Assembly: GCF_000155895.1 (NCBI RefSeq) | Contig: NZ_DS995298.1 | Span: 960,001-992,000, forward strand | Direction: 5' to 3' | Length of the DNA stretch: 32,000 nucleotides | DNA from: Candidatus Pelagibacter sp. HTCC7211 | Lineage (GTDB): Bacteria; Pseudomonadota; Alphaproteobacteria; Pelagibacterales; Pelagibacteraceae | Position numbers and translations under genes: made by a program | The notes under the pieces: generated by a model | Databases searched by the model: none | What the model saw: the letters and a program-made list of their open reading frames with translations, nothing else | What the model was told of the DNA's origin: nothing | Part shown: positions 9,157 through 17,426 of the stretch, one piece after another | How the letters are laid out: each line of letters starts with the position of its first letter | Position numbering within the stretch: the stretch's first letter is position 1

Positions 9157-9378
9157 ATGTTTATTAAAAAATATCTAAAATGGATTAGTACAGCTCTTGT
9201 TTTAACAGGAATATTGTTAACTAATCTAAATATTTACCCTATTAATATCTACTTCCATGGACTTGGCGTTATAGGATGGACTATCGCAGGATTTTTATCA
9301 AAAGATAAGGCTATTTTAACTAACTTTGGATTACAAATACCATTGTTTGTAATTGGAATTTATAAAATTATTTTCTAA
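9157..9378 (+). CDS. small integral membrane protein (73 aa, 2-3 predicted TM helices), unknown function
   Basis: A strong SD-like GAGGAG lies 5 nt upstream of the ATG. The sequence is hydrophobic. A decayed paralogous copy lies 215 nt downstream, so the gene is a genuine evolutionary unit. Confidence 0.55.
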   Translation: MFIKKYLKWISTALVLTGILLTNLNIYPINIYFHGLGVIGWTIAGFLSKDKAILTNFGLQIPLFVIGIYKIIF

Positions 9379-9389
9379 TAAAAAATATC

Positions 9390-9589
9390 TTATTCGTTTG
9401 CACAGGTAACTCACCTAGAGGCATAATAGCTGAAAATATTATTAAAAATGAATATTCAAATATGTTTAAAGCTTATAGTGCTGGGAACAACCCATCAGGT
9501 AAAATTAATGAAGATATAAATAAATTTTTAGAAAAAAATAAAAATTTGATCTTTCTAATTATAGGTCTAAAATTTTGAGAATTCCTTAA
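9390..9589 (+). pseudogene. remnant of an LMW-PTP-type arsenate reductase (arsC-like): no start codon, frameshifted, C-terminal two thirds missing
   Basis: The region translates to LFVCTGNSPRGIIAENIIKNEYSNMFKAYSAGNNPSGKINEDINKFLEKNKN. This aligns with residues ~4-55 of the intact ArsC at 24060 (LFVCTGNSHRSILAESVVNKYHKDKFIGYSAGSKPSGIINKYVIKYLNENN). An in-frame TAA lies at 9363-9365, and no ATG/GTG/TTG occurs before the CX5R loop. Homology continues in another frame after the A-run at 9531-9547 (FDLSNYRSKI vs FDTKNLSSKN) and ends at TAA 9587-9589. Confidence 0.75.
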
Positions 9590-9592
9590 ATA

Positions 9593-9815
9593 ATGGTATT
9601 AAAATAGACAAGCACAGTGTTAACACTTTTAGGAATATTAACTTTTTATTTAGATTACTATCCTTATCATGATACCTCACAGTTTAGGTATAATCGGTTG
9701 GACAATTGTTGGTACCATTACAAAAGACAAGCCTTTATTAACAAATTTTTCATTACAAATACCAATAATGATAACAGGAATTATAAAATACTCTTATACA
9801 ACAGGAATATTTTAG
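9593..9815 (+). pseudogene. disrupted paralog of the 9157-9378 small membrane protein gene (nonsense codon plus frameshift)
   Basis: After the ATG at 9593 the sequence reads MVLK, then TAG (9605-9607) where copy 1 has TGG (..LKWISTALVLTGIL vs ..LK*TSTVLTLLGIL). The reading frame changes near 9655-9665. The C-terminal homology SLGIIGWTIVGTITKDKPLLTNFSLQIPIMITGIIKY (copy 1: GLGVIGWTIAGFLSKDKAILTNFGLQIPLFVIGIYKI) is in the frame ending at TAG 9813-9815. The track ORF 9617-9835 is a chimera of these frames. Confidence 0.75.
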
Positions 9816-10948
9816 CTTACTTGGATACCGTTTGACCAAACGTTTTTTACAACGGGTAAATTTTGATAAATTTTAAACCTTACTAAATCTGCTCTTTTAT
9901 TGTTGTCAATTAAACCCCTATCATTTAAATTTATAGCTATAGATGGAGCGTAACTAGCTGCTGCAAATGCTTTCGGAAGATTATCAATTTCTAAACCCCA
10001 TTTGATAACAGATATAATTAATGAGGATGGAATATAATCTGAGCTTAAAATATCTAGACAATCATTTTCTAAAAGTTCTTTAGCAGAGATATTGCCAGAG
10101 TGAGAACCTCCCCTAAGTAAATTAGGAGATCCCATCATGACTTTAATATTGTAATTTTTAGAAGTTTTGGCTGCTTCTAAAGTTGTTGGAAATTCAGCCA
10201 ATTTTACTCCATATTTATTTGAGTTATGAACATCATTTTCAGTTGTATCGTCATGACTAGCCAAAATACAATCATATGAGGATTTAAATTCTAGAATTCT
10301 ATCTATGTGTTTCTTGCTATTTTTTTTTTGAAGATTTATTAAGTGTTCAAAATGAATTTCCATTTCATTTTCTGTCATACCGTGTTTAATTGAAAGATAT
10401 TCTTTATACTTATCTATAACTCTAAATTGCCTCTGACCTGGTGTATGATCCATTATACTAATTAGTTTTACATCGTGAGTTTCATTGTATTCGTCTAATT
10501 CATCAATCAAATTTTCCGAACAAGTTTCAGCTCTTAAATGTATTTTGTGATCAATCTTGAGAATATTATCTTTTTTAAAACTTGAAATTATATCTGAACA
10601 GTTTTTTGCATATTTTTTATATTTTCCTGTTTTTTCAATAGAACCAACTCTTAATGCATCAAAAACTGTAGTTATTCCTACAGATGCTAACTCTCTATCA
10701 TGAGATAAAATTGCATTTTCTACTGGAAATGAAACTTTAGGTCTTGGTGTCATGTGTCTTTCAAGATTGTCGGTATGTAGTTCAACCAATCCTGGAGAGA
10801 TGTAATCTTTTTCACAGTCAATTGAATTTTTGTTATTACTTAATCCACTACTTATATCGACAATCTTATTATTTTTAATTCTTATATGGCCATGAATAAT
10901 CTCATCCTTTTTAATTATCATGGCGTTATTTAAAATATATTCATGCAT
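9812..10948 (-). CDS. phnM: alpha-D-ribose 1-methylphosphonate 5-triphosphate diphosphatase (C-P lyase pathway, amidohydrolase superfamily)
   Basis: The 378-aa length equals E. coli PhnM. Conserved blocks are PGLVELHTDNLE, MDHTPGQRQF, LASHDD, AEFPTT and GSPNLLRGGSHSGN, plus ILSSDYIPSS. Confidence 0.93.
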   Translation of the reverse strand: MHEYILNNAMIIKKDEIIHGHIRIKNNKIVDISSGLSNNKNSIDCEKDYISPGLVELHTDNLERHMTPRPKVSFPVENAILSHDRELASVGITTVFDALRVGSIEKTGKYKKYAKNCSDIISSFKKDNILKIDHKIHLRAETCSENLIDELDEYNETHDVKLISIMDHTPGQRQFRVIDKYKEYLSIKHGMTENEMEIHFEHLINLQKKNSKKHIDRILEFKSSYDCILASHDDTTENDVHNSNKYGVKLAEFPTTLEAAKTSKNYNIKVMMGSPNLLRGGSHSGNISAKELLENDCLDILSSDYIPSSLIISVIKWGLEIDNLPKAFAAASYAPSIAINLNDRGLIDNNKRADLVRFKIYQNLPVVKNVWSNGIQVS

Positions 10949-11026
10949 CGTTTTTTTATATACATGAATTGTTACAAATATTTTAAATTTGAGAAAAAAA
11001 TTTATATAAGTATTAAAAGTTGAATT

Positions 11027-11740
11027 ATGAAAAAATATTCTAGATATGCTATTTATTATGCACCTCCAAAAGAGAGTAGTCTAGAAGAATTTGGTAGATA
11101 TTGGTTCGGTTGGGATCCACTTAATGCAAAGTTAATAAATAACAAACATAGAATTAATTATCTAAACAGATTTGGAATTAAAAACTTAATAAACATAGAT
11201 AAAAATGTTTTAATTCCAAAGAAATATGGGTTTCACGGTACACTTATTCCTCCTTTTAAACTAAACAAAAATTATAGTACCACTACATTATTTAAAAAAA
11301 CTGAGGAAATAGCAAAAAAATTCAAAAAATTTAAGTTTTATAAATTTAAATTAAAAAAAATAAATAATTTTTATGCTTTTGTTCAAAATAAAAAAAATAA
11401 TAACATTAATAAGTTATCCAATAGACTTGTTAGAGAATTATTTAAATTTAAGTCACCTCTTACAAAAAAAGAAATTGATAGAAGAAATCCCTCTAAACTA
11501 AGTAAATTACAATTAAATATTTTATATAAATGGGGATACCCCTATATAATGTCAGAATTTAATTTCCATATGACCCTTGCATCAGAGGTCACAGGAAACA
11601 AATTGTACTTTGAGTTAAAAAAAATTGAAAAAAACAAAGAAATCATTTTAAATGAAATAAATAATTTTGATAAAATATATATATTTGGTGAAAACCAGAA
11701 AGGAATGTTTGAGAATTTAGAAAATTTTTCACTTAGCTAA
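11027..11740 (+). CDS. DUF1045-type putative phosphonate metabolism protein, 2H phosphoesterase superfamily
   Basis: The 237-aa product has two H-x-T motifs (FHGTL at residues 69-73, with the His codon at 11234-11236, and FHMTL near the C-terminus), the 2H-fold signature. It is embedded between phnN and phnM on the opposite strand. The 3' end overlaps phnN by 12 nt. Confidence 0.75.
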   Translation: MKKYSRYAIYYAPPKESSLEEFGRYWFGWDPLNAKLINNKHRINYLNRFGIKNLINIDKNVLIPKKYGFHGTLIPPFKLNKNYSTTTLFKKTEEIAKKFKKFKFYKFKLKKINNFYAFVQNKKNNNINKLSNRLVRELFKFKSPLTKKEIDRRNPSKLSKLQLNILYKWGYPYIMSEFNFHMTLASEVTGNKLYFELKKIEKNKEIILNEINNFDKIYIFGENQKGMFENLENFSLS

Positions 11741-12265
11741 AATTATTTTTTTTAATTTATTTGCACCGATAGATATTGATTTATTATTATTTATAGTAAT
11801 TATATTTTTCGGAAGTAAATTAATTTTTCTTTTTATCCTTTTATTAATTGTTTTTTTGTCTTCTCTAGCTCGATTTACAAGTCTCTTTTTAATAATTGTT
11901 GATGGGGCGGTAATATTAATTATTTTAACGTTATTAACTTTTTTTTTTACTTTAAAAAGTACTTTTCTTGATCCATTAAAAATTACTGTTTTACCTTGCT
12001 CTATTTTTTTTATTTCTTTAAATGGAATACCGTATGAAAAACCATGAGCATTCCAGTAAACGAAGAAATGTTTTTTTGAAATCTTATCTTCAAAATTTTT
12101 AATCGATATACTGTAATGATCTTCATTTTTAATATCTTTTTTCCTAGTAATGTATCTCTTAACCAAAATAGAATTAGGAATTTTTTTAATTACTTTTTTT
12201 AACAATGTATCTTTTCCTGATCCTGATGGTCCGACTACTACAATAAGCTGACCGTTATTTTGCAT
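11729..12265 (-). CDS. phnN: ribose 1,5-bisphosphate phosphokinase
   Basis: The 178-aa product has a guanylate-kinase-like P-loop (VVVGPSGSGKDTL). Its position directly after phnL (11-nt overlap) and its size match PhnN. Confidence 0.88.
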   Translation of the reverse strand: MQNNGQLIVVVGPSGSGKDTLLKKVIKKIPNSILVKRYITRKKDIKNEDHYSISIKNFEDKISKKHFFVYWNAHGFSYGIPFKEIKKIEQGKTVIFNGSRKVLFKVKKKVNNVKIINITAPSTIIKKRLVNRAREDKKTINKRIKRKINLLPKNIITINNNKSISIGANKLKKIILAK

Positions 12266-12932
12266 TTGATATTTTTGTAATATCTATTTCCCTAGCATTT
12301 AAATATTTACGTGAATATTTATCATGAAAAATGCCAATTATTGAAGATCCTTTATCTTTTTTTTCATTAATCAAATTCAAAACAATATCTTTGTTAACAC
12401 TATCTAAACTAGCTGTTGGTTCATCTAGTAATAAACATGGATAATTCCTAATCAGTCCCCTAGCTACATTAACTCTTTGTTGTTCTCCTCCTGAAAAAGT
12501 AAGTGGCGATAAATTCCATAAGTTTTTATCTATATTAAGTTTTATTAAAATTTTTTCAGCTTTTTCACGAACTTCATCTTGATCTGAATTTATTTCTAAT
12601 AAGGGCTCCATAACAATTTCAATCGTAGGAACACGAGGTATCACTCTTAGAAATTGACTAACATATCCTATTGTATTTTTTCTAAGTTCAATAATATTTC
12701 TAGGATATTTATGATCTATGTTGTGATTATTAATTTTAATTTCTCCTGATTGAAAAACATAGTTTCCATAAATCATTTTTAAAATACTAGACTTTCCAAC
12801 ACCTGATGGTCCTGTCAACGCTACAATTTCTCCAGGATTAATTTTCAAATTCAAATTTTTAAAAACTGATATTTTTGTTTTGCCTTGATTATGAAGTGTA
12901 AATTTTTTTGTTATTTTATTAAGTTCTATCAT
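12255..12932 (-). CDS. phnL: C-P lyase system ATP-binding protein PhnL
   Basis: The 225-aa ABC-type ATPase has GPSGVGKSS, FSGGEQQR and LLLDEP motifs. Its position after phnK and its size match PhnL (226 aa in E. coli). Confidence 0.9.
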   Translation of the reverse strand: MIELNKITKKFTLHNQGKTKISVFKNLNLKINPGEIVALTGPSGVGKSSILKMIYGNYVFQSGEIKINNHNIDHKYPRNIIELRKNTIGYVSQFLRVIPRVPTIEIVMEPLLEINSDQDEVREKAEKILIKLNIDKNLWNLSPLTFSGGEQQRVNVARGLIRNYPCLLLDEPTASLDSVNKDIVLNLINEKKDKGSSIIGIFHDKYSRKYLNAREIDITKISNAK

Positions 12933-12933
12933 T

Positions 12934-13701
12934 TTAAACCTGAAGTACTGAGCTGACTAATAACTGAGTGTAAGAATGTTGTGGATCATCTAATACTTGA
13001 TCACACAATCCAGACTCAACAGCCTCACCATTTTTCATTACAATAATTTTATCAGCTAACAATCTAATAACTGCAAGATCGTGAGAAACAATTACAACTG
13101 ATAAATTTAATTCTCTAACTAATTTTCTTAACAAATCTAAAATTTTGGCTTGAACAGAAACATCAAGACCTCCTGTTGGTTCATCCATGAAAATTATTTT
13201 TGGACTCGTAACTAAGTTTTTTGCTATTTGTAATCTTTGCAACATTCCACCTGAAAATGTTCTTGGAAAATCATCTACCCTACTTTTATCGATTTCCACT
13301 TTATCTAACCATTTAAAAATAGTTTGCCTAATATTTCCATAATTTCTTTGTCCGATGGACATTAATCTTTCACTAATATTTCCACCAGCACTTACATCCA
13401 ATCTTAAACCATCTCTAGGATTTTGATGAACAAAAGCTAGTTCGGTTCTTATTAATAATCTTTTCAATGACTCTGATATTTCTAAGAAATTAATAATTTC
13501 ATTATTTGTATTAATTAGGATTTTTCCACTATCTGGAATAAGATTGCCTGATATTGAGTTTATAAAAGTTGTTTTTCCTGACCCAGACTCCCCTACCACT
13601 CCAACGACTTCACCCGGATACAATGTCATATTCATATTTTTACAACCAACTTGATCCCCATAATATTTATTTAAATTTTGAACAGATAAAATTGGTTCCA
13701 T
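12934..13701 (-). CDS. phnK: C-P lyase system ATP-binding protein PhnK
   Basis: The 255-aa ABC-type ATPase has GESGSGKTT, FSGGMLQR and IFMDEP motifs. It lies immediately downstream of phnJ. Confidence 0.9.
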   Translation of the reverse strand: MEPILSVQNLNKYYGDQVGCKNMNMTLYPGEVVGVVGESGSGKTTFINSISGNLIPDSGKILINTNNEIINFLEISESLKRLLIRTELAFVHQNPRDGLRLDVSAGGNISERLMSIGQRNYGNIRQTIFKWLDKVEIDKSRVDDFPRTFSGGMLQRLQIAKNLVTSPKIIFMDEPTGGLDVSVQAKILDLLRKLVRELNLSVVIVSHDLAVIRLLADKIIVMKNGEAVESGLCDQVLDDPQHSYTQLLVSSVLQV

Positions 13702-14583
13702 TTACTTATCTTTCATTCTTTGATTACAGTAATTTGTATCTGAACATATGAAAGATCTATTACCATCATCGTCTGTAATTATTTCATCTAAAAAACTATC
13801 ATTTGATCCACAAATAGAACATTTATGTGGTGCTTTTGAAGGATCAAATGGATAATCTTCAAAATCAAGACTTGTAACCTGTGTGTAAGGTGGAATTGCG
13901 TAAATTCTTTGTTCTCTACCGGCACCAAACAATTGTATAGCAGGATTGTTATTCATCTTTGGATTATCAAATTTTGGTATAGGTGATGGATCCATTATGT
14001 ATCTGTCATTTGTTTTCACTGGATACGCATATGCGGTTTCTATATGACCATTTTTAGTAATGTCTTCATATAACTTTACATGCATAATTCCATATTCTGA
14101 TAGTGCATGCATTTTTTTAGTCTCTTGATATCTTGGTTCTAAAAAAGCTAGTGGCTCTGGAATTGGAACTTGATAAACAAGTATTTGTTTTTCCTTTAAT
14201 TGATTCTCTGGTATTCTATGTCTTGTTTGTATTATTGAAGCATCTTCAGTTGTTTCAGTAGTCTCAATATTTGCAGTTTTTTTAAAAAAATTTCTTATTG
14301 AAACTGCATTAGTAGTGTCATCTGCTCCCTGATCAATAACTTTAAGGACATCGTCTGTTGTTAAACAAGATGAAGTTACTTGCACACCGCCTGTACCCCA
14401 TCCGTAGGGCATTGGCATTTCTCTGGATGAAAATGGGACTTGATAACCTGGTATACAAAGAGCTTTGATTAAAGCTCTTCTTATCATTCTTTTTGTATTT
14501 TCATCTAAATAAGCAAAATTATAAATTTCATCTTGATCTGAAACTTTAGCTTTTTTATTTTTAAATTTAAGTATGTTGTTCAT
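13702..14583 (-). CDS. phnJ: alpha-D-ribose 1-methylphosphonate 5-phosphate C-P lyase (radical SAM core enzyme)
   Basis: The 293-aa product has a C-terminal Cys pattern of C-x2-C-x21-C-x5-C (CSICGSNDSFLDEIITDDDGNRSFICSDTNYC). This is identical in spacing to E. coli PhnJ C241/C244/C266/C272. The ALIKALCIPGYQVPF block is conserved. Confidence 0.95.
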   Translation of the reverse strand: MNNILKFKNKKAKVSDQDEIYNFAYLDENTKRMIRRALIKALCIPGYQVPFSSREMPMPYGWGTGGVQVTSSCLTTDDVLKVIDQGADDTTNAVSIRNFFKKTANIETTETTEDASIIQTRHRIPENQLKEKQILVYQVPIPEPLAFLEPRYQETKKMHALSEYGIMHVKLYEDITKNGHIETAYAYPVKTNDRYIMDPSPIPKFDNPKMNNNPAIQLFGAGREQRIYAIPPYTQVTSLDFEDYPFDPSKAPHKCSICGSNDSFLDEIITDDDGNRSFICSDTNYCNQRMKDK

Positions 14584-15646
14584 TTTTTTTATATTCTTCT
14601 CTAATTTTTCTTACTAGATCCAATTCCGCCTGAAAATCTACATAATGAGGTAATTTGATATGTTCTAAAAAACCAGTAGCTTGAATATTATCACAATGAG
14701 ATATAATAAATTCTTCATCTTGAGCAGCAACGCCTAAATATTCCTCTCCAAATTCTTTCCATCTCATTGATCTATCAACCAAAGCCATAGAAATTGCTTT
14801 TCTCTCTAATTGACCAAAAACTAATCCATATCCACGGGTAAATTGAGCAGGTATTTTTTTACTACCTTTAAATTGGTTTACTGACTCACACTCAGTAAAC
14901 ATGACATCAGCAATATTTATTTCTATCCCTAGTTCAGGAATTTCAAATTTAACTTCAACATAACCAGTTCTTAATTCACCAACAAATGCATGGTTTCTAG
15001 CATACCCTCTCTGTGTTGAATAAGCTAAACCAAGAAGAAAACCTTCATCTCCTCTCGAAAGAGATTGCAGTCGTTCAGATCTTGTTAAAGGAAAATTAAT
15101 TGGATTTCTTGTAATATCTTTAGATGTTTTGCCACTAGGTATTTCTTTCTGAATTAATCCTTCTTTATTTAAAAAGCTTAAAACATGAGGGATTTCTTTG
15201 TCATCATATTTTTCAATCTTAGCTTTATCATACTCACCATCAGCAAGAAGTTTAAAGTCAAGTAAACGGTGTGTGTAATCAAATGTTGGACCTAATTTTT
15301 GTTTACCCGGTATATCTTTAAATGTTGCAGATATTCTTCTAAGACATAACATTTTGCCAGTTTCGATAGGTTTGCTAGAACCAATTCTAGGTAAAGTAGT
15401 TCTATAGGCTCTAATTAGAAAAATTGCTTCAATCAAGTCACCTCTAGACTGTTTGATTGCTAAAGCCGACAAGTCTTTATCATACAAAGATCCCTCAGAC
15501 ATAACTCTGTCGACACTTAATGTTAGTTGTTCACTAATTTGTTTAATATTTAATTCTGCTATATTTACATCACCTCTTCTTATTTCAGATAACCAGGAAT
15601 GTGCGTTATTTATTGCCTTTTCTCCTCCTTTTACTGATACATACAT
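14567..15646 (-). CDS. phnI: C-P lyase core complex subunit PhnI (RPnTP synthase component)
   Basis: The 359-aa product begins MYVSVKGGEKAI, typical of PhnI (MYVAVKGGE in E. coli). It sits between phnH and phnJ, with a 17-nt overlap with phnJ. Confidence 0.93.
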   Translation of the reverse strand: MYVSVKGGEKAINNAHSWLSEIRRGDVNIAELNIKQISEQLTLSVDRVMSEGSLYDKDLSALAIKQSRGDLIEAIFLIRAYRTTLPRIGSSKPIETGKMLCLRRISATFKDIPGKQKLGPTFDYTHRLLDFKLLADGEYDKAKIEKYDDKEIPHVLSFLNKEGLIQKEIPSGKTSKDITRNPINFPLTRSERLQSLSRGDEGFLLGLAYSTQRGYARNHAFVGELRTGYVEVKFEIPELGIEINIADVMFTECESVNQFKGSKKIPAQFTRGYGLVFGQLERKAISMALVDRSMRWKEFGEEYLGVAAQDEEFIISHCDNIQATGFLEHIKLPHYVDFQAELDLVRKIREEYKKNEQHT

Positions 15647-15647
15647 T

Positions 15648-16202
15648 TTATAGCTCTCCTATTTTTAATGATCTTGGTATTGAATAAAATTTTTCATCAT
15701 CAACAAAATAAAAATCAAGCCCTAAAGGAAATTGCTGGTTATTTTTTTTTATAATCTCTTTATCGGGTAAAAATATACTTTTAGAACTTTTAATACCAGG
15801 ACCAGTAATTTTGGCATTTGGTTTTTTAAATTGAGACTGACAAATTATAGTGCAGGATTGATCAGGATTTTGCTCGTCACCAATTTTAAAATCTTCAAAT
15901 GGAATGAGATCATTCCAAAAACCAATTGCAAAATTTGCATTTTTTTTATCAGTTATGTTTGCACCTGTATTAAATTTAATCCATTCTATAGTTTCTGGAT
16001 TGTTAACATCACCACTTAAAAAAATATTTGAATAACTATCACAAAAAGTTTTTATAATTGAACAACTAGCTGAAAACATATTCGAAGGGGGATCTGTATT
16101 ATTTAACGTCTCAATTGAACCAGGATATGAGGTTGCAAACAAAATACTTCTAAAATAATCAGCACTCGTTTGAGAATTATTTTTTTTAAAAACAACTTCC
16201 AT
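15648..16202 (-). CDS. phnH: C-P lyase core complex subunit PhnH
   Basis: The 184-aa ORF lies between phnG and phnI, and its size matches PhnH (194 aa in E. coli). The assignment rests mainly on synteny. Confidence 0.8.
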   Translation of the reverse strand: MEVVFKKNNSQTSADYFRSILFATSYPGSIETLNNTDPPSNMFSASCSIIKTFCDSYSNIFLSGDVNNPETIEWIKFNTGANITDKKNANFAIGFWNDLIPFEDFKIGDEQNPDQSCTIICQSQFKKPNAKITGPGIKSSKSIFLPDKEIIKKNNQQFPLGLDFYFVDDEKFYSIPRSLKIGEL

Positions 16203-16205
16203 AAA

Positions 16206-16649
16206 TTATTTATCCTCACCTCTTACCAAGGTAAAAAAATCAACTTTAGTAGCTTCTGTTTTAGATAATATTTCGTTTCTTTTATTATTTTTGTATTTAA
16301 CTAATTTATCCAGTATATTTTTTTTTATAATTTCTTTTTTTTCAGTTTGCATTAACGCATCACACAAAGCTGCAATTTTAGATTTATATTTATTTCTACC
16401 TTGAACATAACCATGACCTTGAATTTTTTTATCTAAATTAACTGAACATCTAGTTATAGTTACCTCTCCAACATTAAAATTATCACCTGTGGCTCCTGCT
16501 TTTCCTTGAACCATTACACTACCAATCTCAGGTTCTCTTAACCAATTATATTTTATTTTCATATTTAAATTATCCCAAAGCAAAATGAGATAATCTTCAT
16601 CAGCGGTTGCTAAATAACTTAACCATTGTTTTCTTGATTCATTTAACAT
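16206..16649 (-). CDS. phnG: C-P lyase core complex subunit PhnG
   Basis: This is the first gene of the phnGHIJKLN string. The ORF track starts at a TTG (16661). The ATG at 16649 gives MLNESRKQWLSYLA, which aligns better with the E. coli PhnG N-terminus (..RQHWMSVLA). Size is ~147-151 aa against 150 aa in E. coli. Confidence 0.82.
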   Translation of the reverse strand: MLNESRKQWLSYLATADEDYLILLWDNLNMKIKYNWLREPEIGSVMVQGKAGATGDNFNVGEVTITRCSVNLDKKIQGHGYVQGRNKYKSKIAALCDALMQTEKKEIIKKNILDKLVKYKNNKRNEILSKTEATKVDFFTLVRGEDK

Positions 16650-16715
16650 AATACTATACAACTAGACAAGTAACAAAATTGGAAAATATTTCAATAGATT
16701 ATTTATTAAAATTTT

Positions 16716-17426
16716 ATGACATCAAAGGATTTGCTTTGGAAAGAAATATACAATTCAATTAAAAGAGAAATTGTTTTAAATAAGTACAAAATTAATAAAA
16801 AATTAGATTCCGAGGGTGAGTATGCAAAACAGTTCAATGTTAATAGACACACTATAAGAAGAGCTTTTAAAGAACTTAAAAATGATAATTTAATATATTC
16901 AAAAAGAGGTTTAGGTGTTTTTGTAAAAACATCAAAAATTAATTATTCAATAAGCAAAAATGTTCGTTTTACTGAAAATATTCTTGAAGAGAACAAATCA
17001 GTGCGAATTGAAATCAAAAGTTTTGATATTGCAGAATGTAATCTATTTGAGAAAAAAGAATTGAATTTAAATAAAAAAGAAAAAGTCACTAGAATAAATA
17101 GTATAGGATATATAAATAATTCTCCTTCTGTAATAACATTTAGATCAATACCCCATGATAGATTTCCAAAATTTATTAATCATTTTGTTAAAAAACAGTC
17201 TGTAACTAAAGCCTTTAATTTATTAAATGTTAAAAAAATAATAAGATCTAAAACGTTAATAAGCGCTGAAATTTCAGACAAAATAAAATCAAATCTTTTA
17301 AATATTGATGTTGGAAAACCTTTAATAAAAACGACATCTATTAATGTTGACTTTAATAAAACCCCAATAGAGCTAAGTGAAAGTTATTTTGATGGGTCTA
17401 AAATTCAGATACTTGTTAAAGTTTAG
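16716..17426 (+). CDS. phnF: GntR/HutC-family transcriptional regulator of phosphonate utilisation
   Basis: The 236-aa product has an N-terminal GntR wHTH (LDSEGEYAKQFNVNRHTIRRAFKELKNDNLIYSKRGLGVFV) and a UTRA-sized C-terminal domain. It is divergent from phnG and upstream of phnC. Confidence 0.85.
   Translation: MTSKDLLWKEIYNSIKREIVLNKYKINKKLDSEGEYAKQFNVNRHTIRRAFKELKNDNLIYSKRGLGVFVKTSKINYSISKNVRFTENILEENKSVRIEIKSFDIAECNLFEKKELNLNKKEKVTRINSIGYINNSPSVITFRSIPHDRFPKFINHFVKKQSVTKAFNLLNVKKIIRSKTLISAEISDKIKSNLLNIDVGKPLIKTTSINVDFNKTPIELSESYFDGSKIQILVKV

Noticed and set aside
9617-9835. 72-aa ORF from the track (GTG start) treated as a real gene
   Set aside because: Its N-terminal part is homologous to the 73-aa membrane protein. 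Its C-terminal part is an out-of-frame read-through that overlaps phnM. The true C-terminal homology is in another frame, so I interpret it as a pseudogene (9593-9815).
10959-10988. TTGTAAC heptamer (minus strand, 10977-10971) upstream of phnM as a third Pho-box-like site
   Set aside because: The 11-bp-phased partner heptamers (ATTTAAA, CATGTAT) match the motif poorly. The site lies only 23-29 nt from the phnM ATG. It is indistinguishable from AT-rich background or an ordinary promoter element.
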